From Chthonomonadales bacterium (lineage in GTDB: Bacteria > Armatimonadota > Chthonomonadetes > Chthonomonadales > Chthonomonadaceae), in NCBI GenBank assembly GCA_038217285.1, contig JBBQPO010000063.1, positions 1-23,448 of the forward strand: a stretch of 23,448 bases of DNA. Direction: 5' to 3'. The notes beneath the pieces were generated by a model. That model saw nothing but the letters and a program-made list of their open reading frames with translations. It searched no databases and was not told the DNA's origin. Of the stretch, positions 9,613 to 16,854 are shown one piece after another. The position numbers and the translations under genes are program-made. The stretch's first letter is position 1, and each line of letters opens with the position of its first letter.

Positions 9613-10254
9613 TTAGATGGTCTTGTCTTTCTTGGCCGCTTCCGCGACTTTCGCTTTCTGCTCGGCTGTGCTCAGTTTGGCGAAGCTTGCCGGACAGCCT
9701 GCGCAGCAGAAGTGTGCCCGGTAGTTTCCGACCACGACCGCGTCGCCGACGCCCTTATGATCCGCGATTTTTTCGCCGGTCATCGGGCAGGTCCAGACGT
9801 CCACGAGCTTAACGCCCGCAGGAGACGTCATGCTCATCTTGTGGCCCATCTTCATGCCGTCCATTTTCATGTCCATGCGAGGAAAGGTCTTGATGTCGTC
9901 GGCAGTCTTGCCCGCAATCCGGCCATCGCCTGCAGCCCAACCCCCTTTGCACTCGTTGCAGACCGGCTTGTCCATTGCGGCCATCTTTCCACAGGGACAG
10001 GATCCCATTTTCAGGGCGCACCAGTCGCAGGGGTGTTTCAGGCAGCAGTTGTACATGCCGCCTTTCATCGCCTTTTGCTTGGCGGCCATGACCGTTTTGT
10101 CGGCCTGCTTGAGCGCCTTTGGGCGGTTCTCCATCATCTTCATCATCATGGCATGGTCGTCGTCCATTTTGTTCTGGGCGACAACACGGGTTACCGCCAG
10201 ACTGAAAAGCCCGAGGGCAAGTACAGCGATGCTTGGAAGGATCCAGCGTTTCAT
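9613..10254 (-). CDS. Secreted Met/Cys-rich putative metal-binding protein: 8-Cys domain plus C-terminal TRASH/YHS-like domain
   Basis: ATG 10254 with RBS AAAGGAG, 213 aa. Sec signal MKRWILPSIAVLALGLFSLAVTRVVA; CCLKHPCDWC..CPC..CNEC; CPMTG...HFCCAGC; Met-rich segments. Confidence 0.85.
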   Translation of the reverse strand: MKRWILPSIAVLALGLFSLAVTRVVAQNKMDDDHAMMMKMMENRPKALKQADKTVMAAKQKAMKGGMYNCCLKHPCDWCALKMGSCPCGKMAAMDKPVCNECKGGWAAGDGRIAGKTADDIKTFPRMDMKMDGMKMGHKMSMTSPAGVKLVDVWTCPMTGEKIADHKGVGDAVVVGNYRAHFCCAGCPASFAKLSTAEQKAKVAEAAKKDKTI

Positions 10255-10353
10255 GAGTTCTCCTTTTTGTGAAGCGTCGTCTCTTGAAGAGAGCGAGCAG
10301 AGAGGTAGGCAACGGCATCGGAGCCATTTGCGGTGAATAGAAAGCAACCGGCG

Positions 10354-10392
10354 GCACTCTTCCGGAAATCAGCAAGCGTTCCGGAAGAGCGC
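10354..10392 (-). terminator. Hairpin / probable terminator downstream of the second ECF unit
   Basis: CTCTTCCGGAA (10357-10367) / TTCCGGAAGAG (10379-10389), extendable with a G-U pair on the minus-strand RNA; U-tract weak. Confidence 0.5.
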
Positions 10393-10402
10393 GCTCAAGT
10401 CA

Positions 10403-10621
10403 CTAACGCTGCGAGTGAGCATCGACGAAACGATTATCCTGTGATGCCTGCTGCGCCTGCGTTCCGGCTATGGAACTGAGAATGCCTCCATATATTAAAT
10501 GGCCCATGAGTGTTCCCAGGGCGAAGAGCAGCGGTTGCGGCGTATTGCTCGCGAAGAAGCCTTTGCCCATCATGGGCAGGGGCATAATCATCATGACCAA
10601 CATGAGCGCATTCGTCGTCAC
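10403..10621 (-). pseudogene. C-terminal fragment of a small membrane protein (PMMGxGFF...GHLIYG type, DUF2938/DUF6789-like)
   Basis: 72 codons, no RBS, starts 7 bp after the sigma stop; holds only the last helices (MMIMPLPMMGKGFFA...LMGHLIYGGIL) of proteins that are usually longer. Confidence 0.5.
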
Positions 10622-10628
10622 GTCGCTT

Positions 10629-11150
10629 TCAGGTCAATAAATGTTCTCGGATGAGGTGCCGTCCGCGATGGATACGTGTCTTCACGGTTTCTGGCACCAT
10701 ATGGAGGCGCTCGGCTATCTCACGAATGGTAAGCTCTTCCAGATCTCTCAGGATGATGACATCACGGTAGATATCCGGTAACGATTGAATCGCCATAACA
10801 ATATCGATCCGCAAATCCTGATCGGGTCGAGTCCTCAAGTATTGTCGTTCTATGGCGTCATTCAGAGGCACTTCCTGGTGAAACATCTTCCTCGATAACC
10901 TCTGGCATTCACGGCGGACAATCAGAAACAACCAACCGGTAAAAGCTCCCAGAGACCTGAGAGCAGGAAGCTTTCGGTACAGGATAATGAGTGCCTCCTG
11001 CACCGCATCGTCTACATCCGAAGAAGTGGAACACTGGCTTGTAGCATAACGGCGCATTTCAGGGCGGCACGTCACGAGCAGACGGTCCAGCGCTACCGCA
11101 TCGCCCGCTCGTGCGGCTTCTAAAAGACTATCTTCGACAGGAATCGGCAT
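10629..11150 (-). CDS. ECF sigma factor with no adjacent anti-sigma
   Basis: ATG 11150 after GGAAGGGG; AARAGDAVALDRLL, DVDDAVQEAL, AFTGWLFLIVRREC, LPDIYRDVIILRDLEELTIREIA...TVKTRIHRGR. Confidence 0.92.
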   Translation of the reverse strand: MPIPVEDSLLEAARAGDAVALDRLLVTCRPEMRRYATSQCSTSSDVDDAVQEALIILYRKLPALRSLGAFTGWLFLIVRRECQRLSRKMFHQEVPLNDAIERQYLRTRPDQDLRIDIVMAIQSLPDIYRDVIILRDLEELTIREIAERLHMVPETVKTRIHRGRHLIREHLLT

Positions 11151-11248
11151 CGTAACCCCTTCCAAACTCCAACGAATTCATTCTCTATGAAGAAGAGAAT
11201 GTGAAACCCCTGAAAGGTTTCAATCAGAGAATTATTTTTATAGAGAAC

Positions 11249-11750
11249 ATGACCATTCATCCCCATCGGCTTGCCGTGGGGATGAATGGTCATCTTGTCT
11301 AGGCTTCGTGTTTGAGCACGAATGCCGTTACACACTTGCGCTCTCAAAAAAACTTTCTGAATGCTTTCCTGTTTCCTGCTCTTCACTGGAGTATCGTAGT
11401 ATGCCCATGACAATCACCCGATGCTACAAGTTCAGACTGGAACCCACCGCCGAGCAGGAGCATGCGTTTCTGCGCTTCGCGGGGTGTCGGCGCTATGTCT
11501 GGAATTGGTCTGCGAGTGTTGCCACACCCTGCATGAAATTCGCGGGGAATAGCGAATTTGGAGTGTCCCGGAGGGACGACTGATCACAGGGACATCAACG
11601 CAGCCATCAACATCCTCGTGGAAGGACTGAGAATACTCGCCCTCGAAATGCGGGAGAGTCAAAACGCCGATGGAGAGAGCGTCAGACTGGCGAAAGTCAG
11701 CAGTTCTTGTTGAAATCGGAAGCCACATGGCTTGCCATGTGGAGGTTCAC
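11249..11750 (+). mobile_element. Internally deleted, non-autonomous IS200/IS605-family (IS1341-like, tnpB-only) element
   Basis: Left hairpin CCCCA(T)CGGC-TT-GCCGTGGGG; tnpB N- and C-terminal remnants; right end GAAG + CCACATGGC-TT-GCCATGTGG + AGGT-TCAC ending at 11750. Left boundary approximate. Confidence 0.85.
11401..11713 (+). pseudogene. tnpB: tnpB pseudogene (roughly 1 kb internal deletion, nonsense codon, frameshift)
   Basis: 11401-11508 MPMTITRCYKFRLEPTAEQEHAFLRFAGCRRYVWNW (HTH_OrfB_IS605-type N-terminus); second frame VCECCHT...GE*RIWS (zinc finger); third frame CPGGTTDHRDINAAINILVEGLRIL..* (RuvC-III), stop 11711-11713. Confidence 0.9.
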
Positions 11751-11770
11751 ACTCGTTCTCGCGTCAAGAA
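11620..11770 (+). ncRNA. Putative TnpB omegaRNA (reRNA) scaffold plus flank-derived guide
   Basis: Inferred from the known position of omegaRNA over the tnpB 3' end and right end. Hairpins CTGGC-GAAA-GTCAG and CCACATGGC-TT-GCCATGTGG. Guide would begin at 11751 (ACTCGTTCTCGCGTCAAG). 5' boundary unknown. Confidence 0.5.
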
Positions 11771-11987
11771 TGAGGAGGCTACCCCGGAAACCGATGCTTC
11801 CGAAGCGCCTAAATCCTCTATTGATGCCGAAAACGCTGCTGCAATCGCTCTCCTCCGTTCCTGGCGTGAACAGGACGCAACGGACGATCCGGAGGAGATT
11901 CGCAAGGCAGAGCAGGAGCTAGAAGAGTTCAAGCGTAACATCAACGCGAATCGCGCAGCCACCGATGACAGGCCTATCTCTCCGTGA
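11751..11987 (+). pseudogene. 5'-truncated antitoxin-like gene
   Basis: ENAAAIALLRSWREQDATDDPEEIRKAEQELEEFKRNINANR resembles small proteins found upstream of PIN toxins; in-frame ATGs lie only inside the IS; GTGA overlap with the PIN fragment. Confidence 0.55.
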
Positions 11988-12046
11988 CACAAACACGCCA
12001 TATTTTGTTGGACTCTGCGCCGCTTGGTCTTTTTTCAAATCCGGTT
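11984..12046 (+). pseudogene. N-terminal remnant of a PIN/VapC-like toxin
   Basis: GTG 11984: MTQTRHILLDSAPLGLFSNP matches the PIN first strand (ILLDS.PLGL); the frame stops at 12097 inside the convergent GH116 3' end. Confidence 0.55.
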
Positions 12047-12054
12047 CTCCCTCT

Positions 12055-14676
12055 TCAAGACAGATGGACGCGTAGTGTCTCGCCGGGCGGTACTTGAACG
12101 GTTTCGGTGAAATGGAGACGTAGTTGCCCTTCTTCCTTCCCTGCGGTGCAGGGGAGGAGAGTCTCCCCGAGGAAGGCTTGTGTGGTCGTGGTGGCTTCGG
12201 CGGGCAGGGTGAGATCGTTGAGTTGCAGGGTTCCCCAGTCCGAGCGCAGGGAGAGGGTGCGCGTGTTGTCCTCCTGGGTTATCGCGACGCTGCCCCAGGC
12301 GGTGGCGGTGAGAAGAAAGGCGCGGAAGGCGTTGGGGGCAAATCGCGGGGCAATGGTGAGCGCCGCCGTAGCAGCATCGTAGTGGGTTCCGCAGGCGGCG
12401 TCGAGAAGCGCCCAACTCGACAGGGCACGGGCATAGTGGTCACCGCACTCCACATCGTTCCATGGGCTGCGCCGCGCCCCGTTGTAGCGATGCCGGACTG
12501 CCCGCAGAATTTGCAGGGCCTCCTCCGTCATTCCTTCATAAAGACAGAGGGCGGCGACCTCGTATTCTATCCCGGTCCAGATCTCGTCCGAATAGAGCGT
12601 CGGCACCTCCGGGCGTCCGCCGTGCGGCCACGAACAGATCAGCAGGCCAGCCTCATCTTCGGAAGCGTACACGCGCGGAATCTGCTTGTGGTTATGGAAG
12701 TTCTCGCGGAAGTTGTATTTGACGATGCTCTGTACGGCCTGCCGTATGCGCTCCTGCGGAAGCGTGTAGCCTAATCCGAGCACATGCGCCCACCACTGGC
12801 CGAGCAGATGGTCCGAATGACATCCCTTGCCGTAGTTCTGTTCGGGGTTCTTTTCCGGGTCGTAGATCTGTATCCAGAACTCGCCGTTCCAGAGCAGGTC
12901 GTTGTATCCCCGACGGCCCTTCTCGAACCGCTCGCGGTACTGCACCGCCATGTCGGGGTCGTTCTGGAGTTGTGCCATCTCCTCCGAGGCGCGCAATGCA
13001 GCCAGATAGAGCGTCCCGATGAAGGTGTTGGGGCCGTAGATGCTGATGTCGTAAGTGTTGGGCTGCTCACCTTTGATAACGCCATCGGCATCGGCGTCAT
13101 GAACCGTCATCACGTAGTGCATCGCCTTTTTGACCTGGGGCCAGGCACGCGCCAGCCATTCGGCGTCGGCACAACGTTTGTGCTCCCGATACGTCTTCAG
13201 CACCATGCCGAGCAGGCCATCGAGCGCCGGATTGTGGGGGCCGCCGATGCCGCGCTCCCAGGGCCGGGGCAGGTAGAGGGGCAGGGTCACGCGGTGCGGC
13301 AAGTAGCCGGAAGGATGCAGTTGCTGGAAGAGTTCCGTCTCGCGCATCGTGCGTTCCAGGTCGGGAAACAGCGCCGCGAGCGCCATTTCGTAGTTCCATA
13401 CATGGGTGCAGTTGAGCGGACAGCAGCCTCCGGTGGAGAGCCAGTCGCCGGTGCTGGCCCCGCCGCAGCCCTCGAAAGCATGGAATCGCCCGTCCTCGGT
13501 CCAGAGGCAGGTCGGCGTGCGAACGATAGACATCTGCGAAGAGACGGTATCGAGGATCTCGTAAGGCAGGCTGCTGTCGAAGAACGTGTCGCGAAACCGA
13601 TGCGTGATCCGGTCGAGAGGCTCGAAATTATCGCGCACATACTCCATCACACCCGCCGCGCCGGCGAAGCGCGTGTTGTAGGCGTTGCCCTGCCAGAACA
13701 GGCTCTTCTTGTCCTCGATGCCGCTGAATCCCTGTCCCCAACTGACGTAGCGATTCGGGAAATGCCAGGCCAGAATGAAGACGAGCGACTTCTCTTCACC
13801 GGGCTCCAGTCGCATCGGAACGGACAGGGCTCCATTGACAGTGCGCCCGTCGGGCGTGGGTGCGGAGGCGGATTCGCCTGCCAGCGCTGGCCCGTTGCGC
13901 GTGAAGTCGTTCCAGAAGGTCGTGAGATCCTCCCACGCCGGGCAGACGTTGGCATTCTCATTCAGTGTCGCCAGACAGAGCGAGCCGTTGGTCGGATGGT
14001 TGACAGGAAGCTTGACGTTTTCCATTGTCAAGGCCGTCAGCCCGCGCAGGCGCAGTTGATGATTCTGGTTGCCCCCATAGCGGGGACACTCGACGCCGAC
14101 GATATTCTGAATGCCGTCCCAGCCGACGAAGTTTTGCAGCGTGGACGCGATATGCAGGGAGACGCCCTGCGCCGCAGGATTGCGGACCGTAAACCGAAAG
14201 ATGATGGCTGGTAGGCCCGAGGTCTGTGCGTCGAGAGGGCAGAACGGCGAATAGGCGGTCAGGGAGACATCGACCGGCAGCGCCTCGTCCAGATACCGCA
14301 CCTCCGCAATCGGGTACTCGCCGACAAACTCCGTCGCCTGAACGCCGGGCAGCGTCTCCAGGAGACGTCTGCACTCCGCCGGAATCACGTAGTCGTTGAC
14401 GGAGGGAACGGGCGCGAAATCTTCTTTGTAGAGCGCGCCGCACTGCAGCACCCGCGCGACCGCCGGCTGTCTGTCCCGCTGCGCGCGTATCGCGAAGAAG
14501 CTATGGGGCACGAACGCCAGATGATTGACGTTGTTGCAAAGCTGCCACTGGCGTAGGCTGCCGTCGCCGCACAGCGCCACACTGCCCGTCCCTATCCCGC
14601 CAAGCGGCATCGCGACCGCCCGCAGGTTCTCCCCGGTGTACCGCTTCGACCGCTCCGTTCCGTCCTCGAAAAGCAT
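12055..14676 (-). CDS. Glycoside hydrolase family 116 (GBA2-like beta-glucosidase/glucosylceramidase)
   Basis: ATG 14676 after GGAGGGGAGGGG; MPLGGIGTGSV, FHAFEG, CTHVWNY, QPNTYD, EIWTGIEY, RSPWNDVECGDHYARALSSW; 873 aa, no signal peptide seen. Confidence 0.92.
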   Translation of the reverse strand: MLFEDGTERSKRYTGENLRAVAMPLGGIGTGSVALCGDGSLRQWQLCNNVNHLAFVPHSFFAIRAQRDRQPAVARVLQCGALYKEDFAPVPSVNDYVIPAECRRLLETLPGVQATEFVGEYPIAEVRYLDEALPVDVSLTAYSPFCPLDAQTSGLPAIIFRFTVRNPAAQGVSLHIASTLQNFVGWDGIQNIVGVECPRYGGNQNHQLRLRGLTALTMENVKLPVNHPTNGSLCLATLNENANVCPAWEDLTTFWNDFTRNGPALAGESASAPTPDGRTVNGALSVPMRLEPGEEKSLVFILAWHFPNRYVSWGQGFSGIEDKKSLFWQGNAYNTRFAGAAGVMEYVRDNFEPLDRITHRFRDTFFDSSLPYEILDTVSSQMSIVRTPTCLWTEDGRFHAFEGCGGASTGDWLSTGGCCPLNCTHVWNYEMALAALFPDLERTMRETELFQQLHPSGYLPHRVTLPLYLPRPWERGIGGPHNPALDGLLGMVLKTYREHKRCADAEWLARAWPQVKKAMHYVMTVHDADADGVIKGEQPNTYDISIYGPNTFIGTLYLAALRASEEMAQLQNDPDMAVQYRERFEKGRRGYNDLLWNGEFWIQIYDPEKNPEQNYGKGCHSDHLLGQWWAHVLGLGYTLPQERIRQAVQSIVKYNFRENFHNHKQIPRVYASEDEAGLLICSWPHGGRPEVPTLYSDEIWTGIEYEVAALCLYEGMTEEALQILRAVRHRYNGARRSPWNDVECGDHYARALSSWALLDAACGTHYDAATAALTIAPRFAPNAFRAFLLTATAWGSVAITQEDNTRTLSLRSDWGTLQLNDLTLPAEATTTTQAFLGETLLPCTAGKEEGQLRLHFTETVQVPPGETLRVHLS

Positions 14677-14716
14677 ATCCCCTCCCCTCCCTGCGGCCGC
14701 CCTGCCCCAGGTGCAA

Positions 14717-14881
14717 TCTATCCACCGTTTCAACGCAGCACTTCCGCTCTTCCATGGGGGCGTAGCGAGAGCGAAATCGGCCATGGCTCTCCACATACTC
14801 CGTCCAGGGGACGGCCCGGCAAAGCCACGTAGCGAGGGATAACATCCCTTGCTCTATCCACCGTTTCGACGCAGCGCCTCC
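14717..14881. repeat. 29-bp direct repeat, two copies (14717-14745 and 14853-14881); possible tandem alternative-sigma promoters for GH116
   Basis: TCTATCCACCGTTTCAACGCAGCACTTCC vs TCTATCCACCGTTTCGACGCAGCGCCTCC, 26/29 identical, 136 bp apart. Confidence 0.75.
14828..14853 (+). repeat. GTAG-type REP-like hairpin
   Basis: CGTAGCGAGGGAT-AAC-ATCCCTTGCT; shares CGTAGCGAGGG and CCCTTG with the unit at 20363. Confidence 0.5.
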
Positions 14882-14913
14882 CTTCTCCTGCGGGCGCTAC
14901 ATCGAAGAGGCTA

Positions 14914-14942
14914 TTGCGTTTTGAGGGCGGGCGGTGTAGAAT
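14914..14942 (+). promoter_or_regulatory. Sigma70-type promoter
   Basis: TTGCGT-N17-TAGAAT, 28 bp upstream of ATG 14971. Confidence 0.55.
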
Positions 14943-14970
14943 AGGGCGACGACGAAAGGACGCTTGCCTG

Positions 14971-16113
14971 ATGCGACGACGTGCCGCTTTCTATCTCCTC
15001 CTGGGCCTTGTGATGGCGCTGCTGATTGTGGCGCTGGCGACCGGACTTCAGACCGGCGGCAGCACCGATCCGAACGTCTGGATGTGGGCGCAACGCCACA
15101 CGCCGCTTCTCCAGATGCTGGACATGGCGTCCGCCGTTCTTTTTGTTGTGATCGGGATTTATGGATTGACGGTGTGCCGGTTAGAGTTGCAGTTGCAGCA
15201 TCAGGCCGAGGATTTCGGCGATCAGATGGAAACGCTGCTGCATCGCAATGAAGAGTTGGTCCAGGTCAACGAGGAGTATGCTGAACAGATCGCCGCCCTG
15301 GAAGCCGACAGAGAGGAAGCTCCGGCGATCACCATGGGGGATCGAAGCCAGAGGGTTCTCGCCGCTCTGCATCGGCAGGTCGATGCCCAGGCGCAGCAGT
15401 TAGAGACCGTCCATGTGGCGCTGGAACAGCAGCATACCGCCCTGCATGAACTTCGGCAGCATCTTCATCACCTGGACGAGAACAGCGCGCCGCGCCTTGC
15501 AGGCGGTGCGACGGCTCCCACGCTTGTGGAAACCCGCCCGCCCGATCCCATTCCCGAGGACGACGCGCAGCAAGAGACGGCGCTGGGCGGCGAGAGAGCG
15601 GCGACGGTAGAATGGACCATGAACGACCACTCCACCCTGATCGGCGGGATGCTGGAGTTCGATCTCGGCGCTTCGGACTCACAGGAGGCACCGCCTCAGA
15701 GCCGTCCGCAGGCCGTTCCATGGCCGGAAGGCGGGACCTATCCGGTCGACGACTCGATGCTGGCCGTGGCGGCAGGGCATCTCTCCAGCATGCCGGACGC
15801 CTTCCCCGCCACACCGACGCCGCCGCCGCGCGTGGCGATCTCGGTCGGAACCGCGCCGGAAGCGCGCCTGTCGGAGGAGCCGCCCCCTGCCCTGCACGAT
15901 CTTCCGCCCACCAGAACGCAAGGCGCTCTCGCTCTCGATCTCGCCGAGTCGGCCCTCTCCTCCTTGAAATCTGAGACACAGGAGGCGCTCTCATCGCTGC
16001 GGGCGCAGGTCGAAGCGTCTATTCATCAGGAGGCAGCGCCTGCCCCGACAGGCGAGCCCGCAAGAGCCGTGTCCCCGCCCTCGCGTCGTAAACGCTGGCA
16101 TCTCCGCTTCTGA
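14971..16113 (+). CDS. Hypothetical membrane protein: two N-terminal TM helices, coiled coil, Pro/Ala-rich tail
   Basis: RBS GAAAGGA; hydrophobic segments AAFYLLLGLVMALLIVALA and ASAVLFVVIGIYGL; Q/E/L heptad region; 380 aa. Confidence 0.7.
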   Translation: MRRRAAFYLLLGLVMALLIVALATGLQTGGSTDPNVWMWAQRHTPLLQMLDMASAVLFVVIGIYGLTVCRLELQLQHQAEDFGDQMETLLHRNEELVQVNEEYAEQIAALEADREEAPAITMGDRSQRVLAALHRQVDAQAQQLETVHVALEQQHTALHELRQHLHHLDENSAPRLAGGATAPTLVETRPPDPIPEDDAQQETALGGERAATVEWTMNDHSTLIGGMLEFDLGASDSQEAPPQSRPQAVPWPEGGTYPVDDSMLAVAAGHLSSMPDAFPATPTPPPRVAISVGTAPEARLSEEPPPALHDLPPTRTQGALALDLAESALSSLKSETQEALSSLRAQVEASIHQEAAPAPTGEPARAVSPPSRRKRWHLRF

Positions 16114-16148
16114 GGCCCCCCGGCCCGCCCTGCGAGTTTAACGATTCT

Positions 16149-16853
16149 ATGTCTATTCCCGACGCTCCGCTGGAAACCTCTCTTCACGAACTTCTGGACG
16201 CAATGCGCCCGCAAAATGTCTCCACGACTGCTGCAACGGACAGGGTCTCTTTTGCCTGCCCTGTCTGTACGCTGACGGATCGCAGTGTCGAGCGTCAGGT
16301 GCGGGCCTTCTTTGCGGAGTTCGTCAACGATCCCGCCGCCCGCGTCCGCTTCCGACAGTCGCGCGGTTTCTGTGTCCACCATACACCGCTGCTCGCGGAG
16401 TTGGGCGACGCTCTCGCCGTCGCCATCCTTTATGCCGACCTGGCCGGACGCACACAGGAGCGCTGGCAGACGGAGCGCACCCGACGACTCCCGTTCGGGC
16501 GACAGGCAGGCAACTCCCCCCTTGCGCTCTGTCCCGCCTGCGCCGCAGCCGCCGATGCCGAACGCCGATACACGCAGGCGCTCGCCGCCGGACTGGAACG
16601 CGCGGAGGTGTGGGCGAGCGTGGAGGCGGGAAGCGGGCTATGCGTGGCGCACGCAGAGGCGGTCATGGCTGCTGCCAGGCCCGCCGCAGCGACACGCCTG
16701 CGAGAACTGGAGAGGCACAGACTCGCGCTCCTGCAAGCCGAGTTGGAAGAGCTGATTCGGAAAAACGACTATCGATTTCGAGGCGAAGCGTGGGGCACGG
16801 AGCGCGACGCATGGCTTCGCGCTCTCAACAAGTTGCGACGACCGGCAGGCTGA
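16149..16853 (+). CDS. DUF6062-family protein (duplicated CxxC...CxxH putative zinc sites)
   Basis: CPVC..GFCVHH..AILY.D and CPAC..GLCVAH; C-terminal LEELIRKNDYRF..WG.ERDAWLRA. Confidence 0.82.
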   Translation: MSIPDAPLETSLHELLDAMRPQNVSTTAATDRVSFACPVCTLTDRSVERQVRAFFAEFVNDPAARVRFRQSRGFCVHHTPLLAELGDALAVAILYADLAGRTQERWQTERTRRLPFGRQAGNSPLALCPACAAAADAERRYTQALAAGLERAEVWASVEAGSGLCVAHAEAVMAAARPAAATRLRELERHRLALLQAELEELIRKNDYRFRGEAWGTERDAWLRALNKLRRPAG

Positions 16854-16854
16854 C

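Noticed and set aside
11308-11583. 91-aa ORF as an intact gene
   Set aside because: It is the tnpB N-terminus read out of frame past the deletion junction
10629-11770. ECF sigma next to a tnpB/omegaRNA locus as an RNA-guided transcription system (TldR or dCas12f-sigmaE type)
   Set aside because: The TnpB is a deleted, frameshifted pseudogene rather than a full-length nuclease-dead protein, IS ends are present, and the guide is simply flanking DNA. Adjacency is best explained by insertion.
14677-14796. 40-aa N-terminal extension of GH116 in the ORF track
   Set aside because: A strong RBS precedes ATG 14676 and the extension runs over the repeat/promoter region
14717-14881. Direct repeat pair as a mini CRISPR array
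   Set aside because: Only two copies, 107-bp spacer, no cas genes in the window
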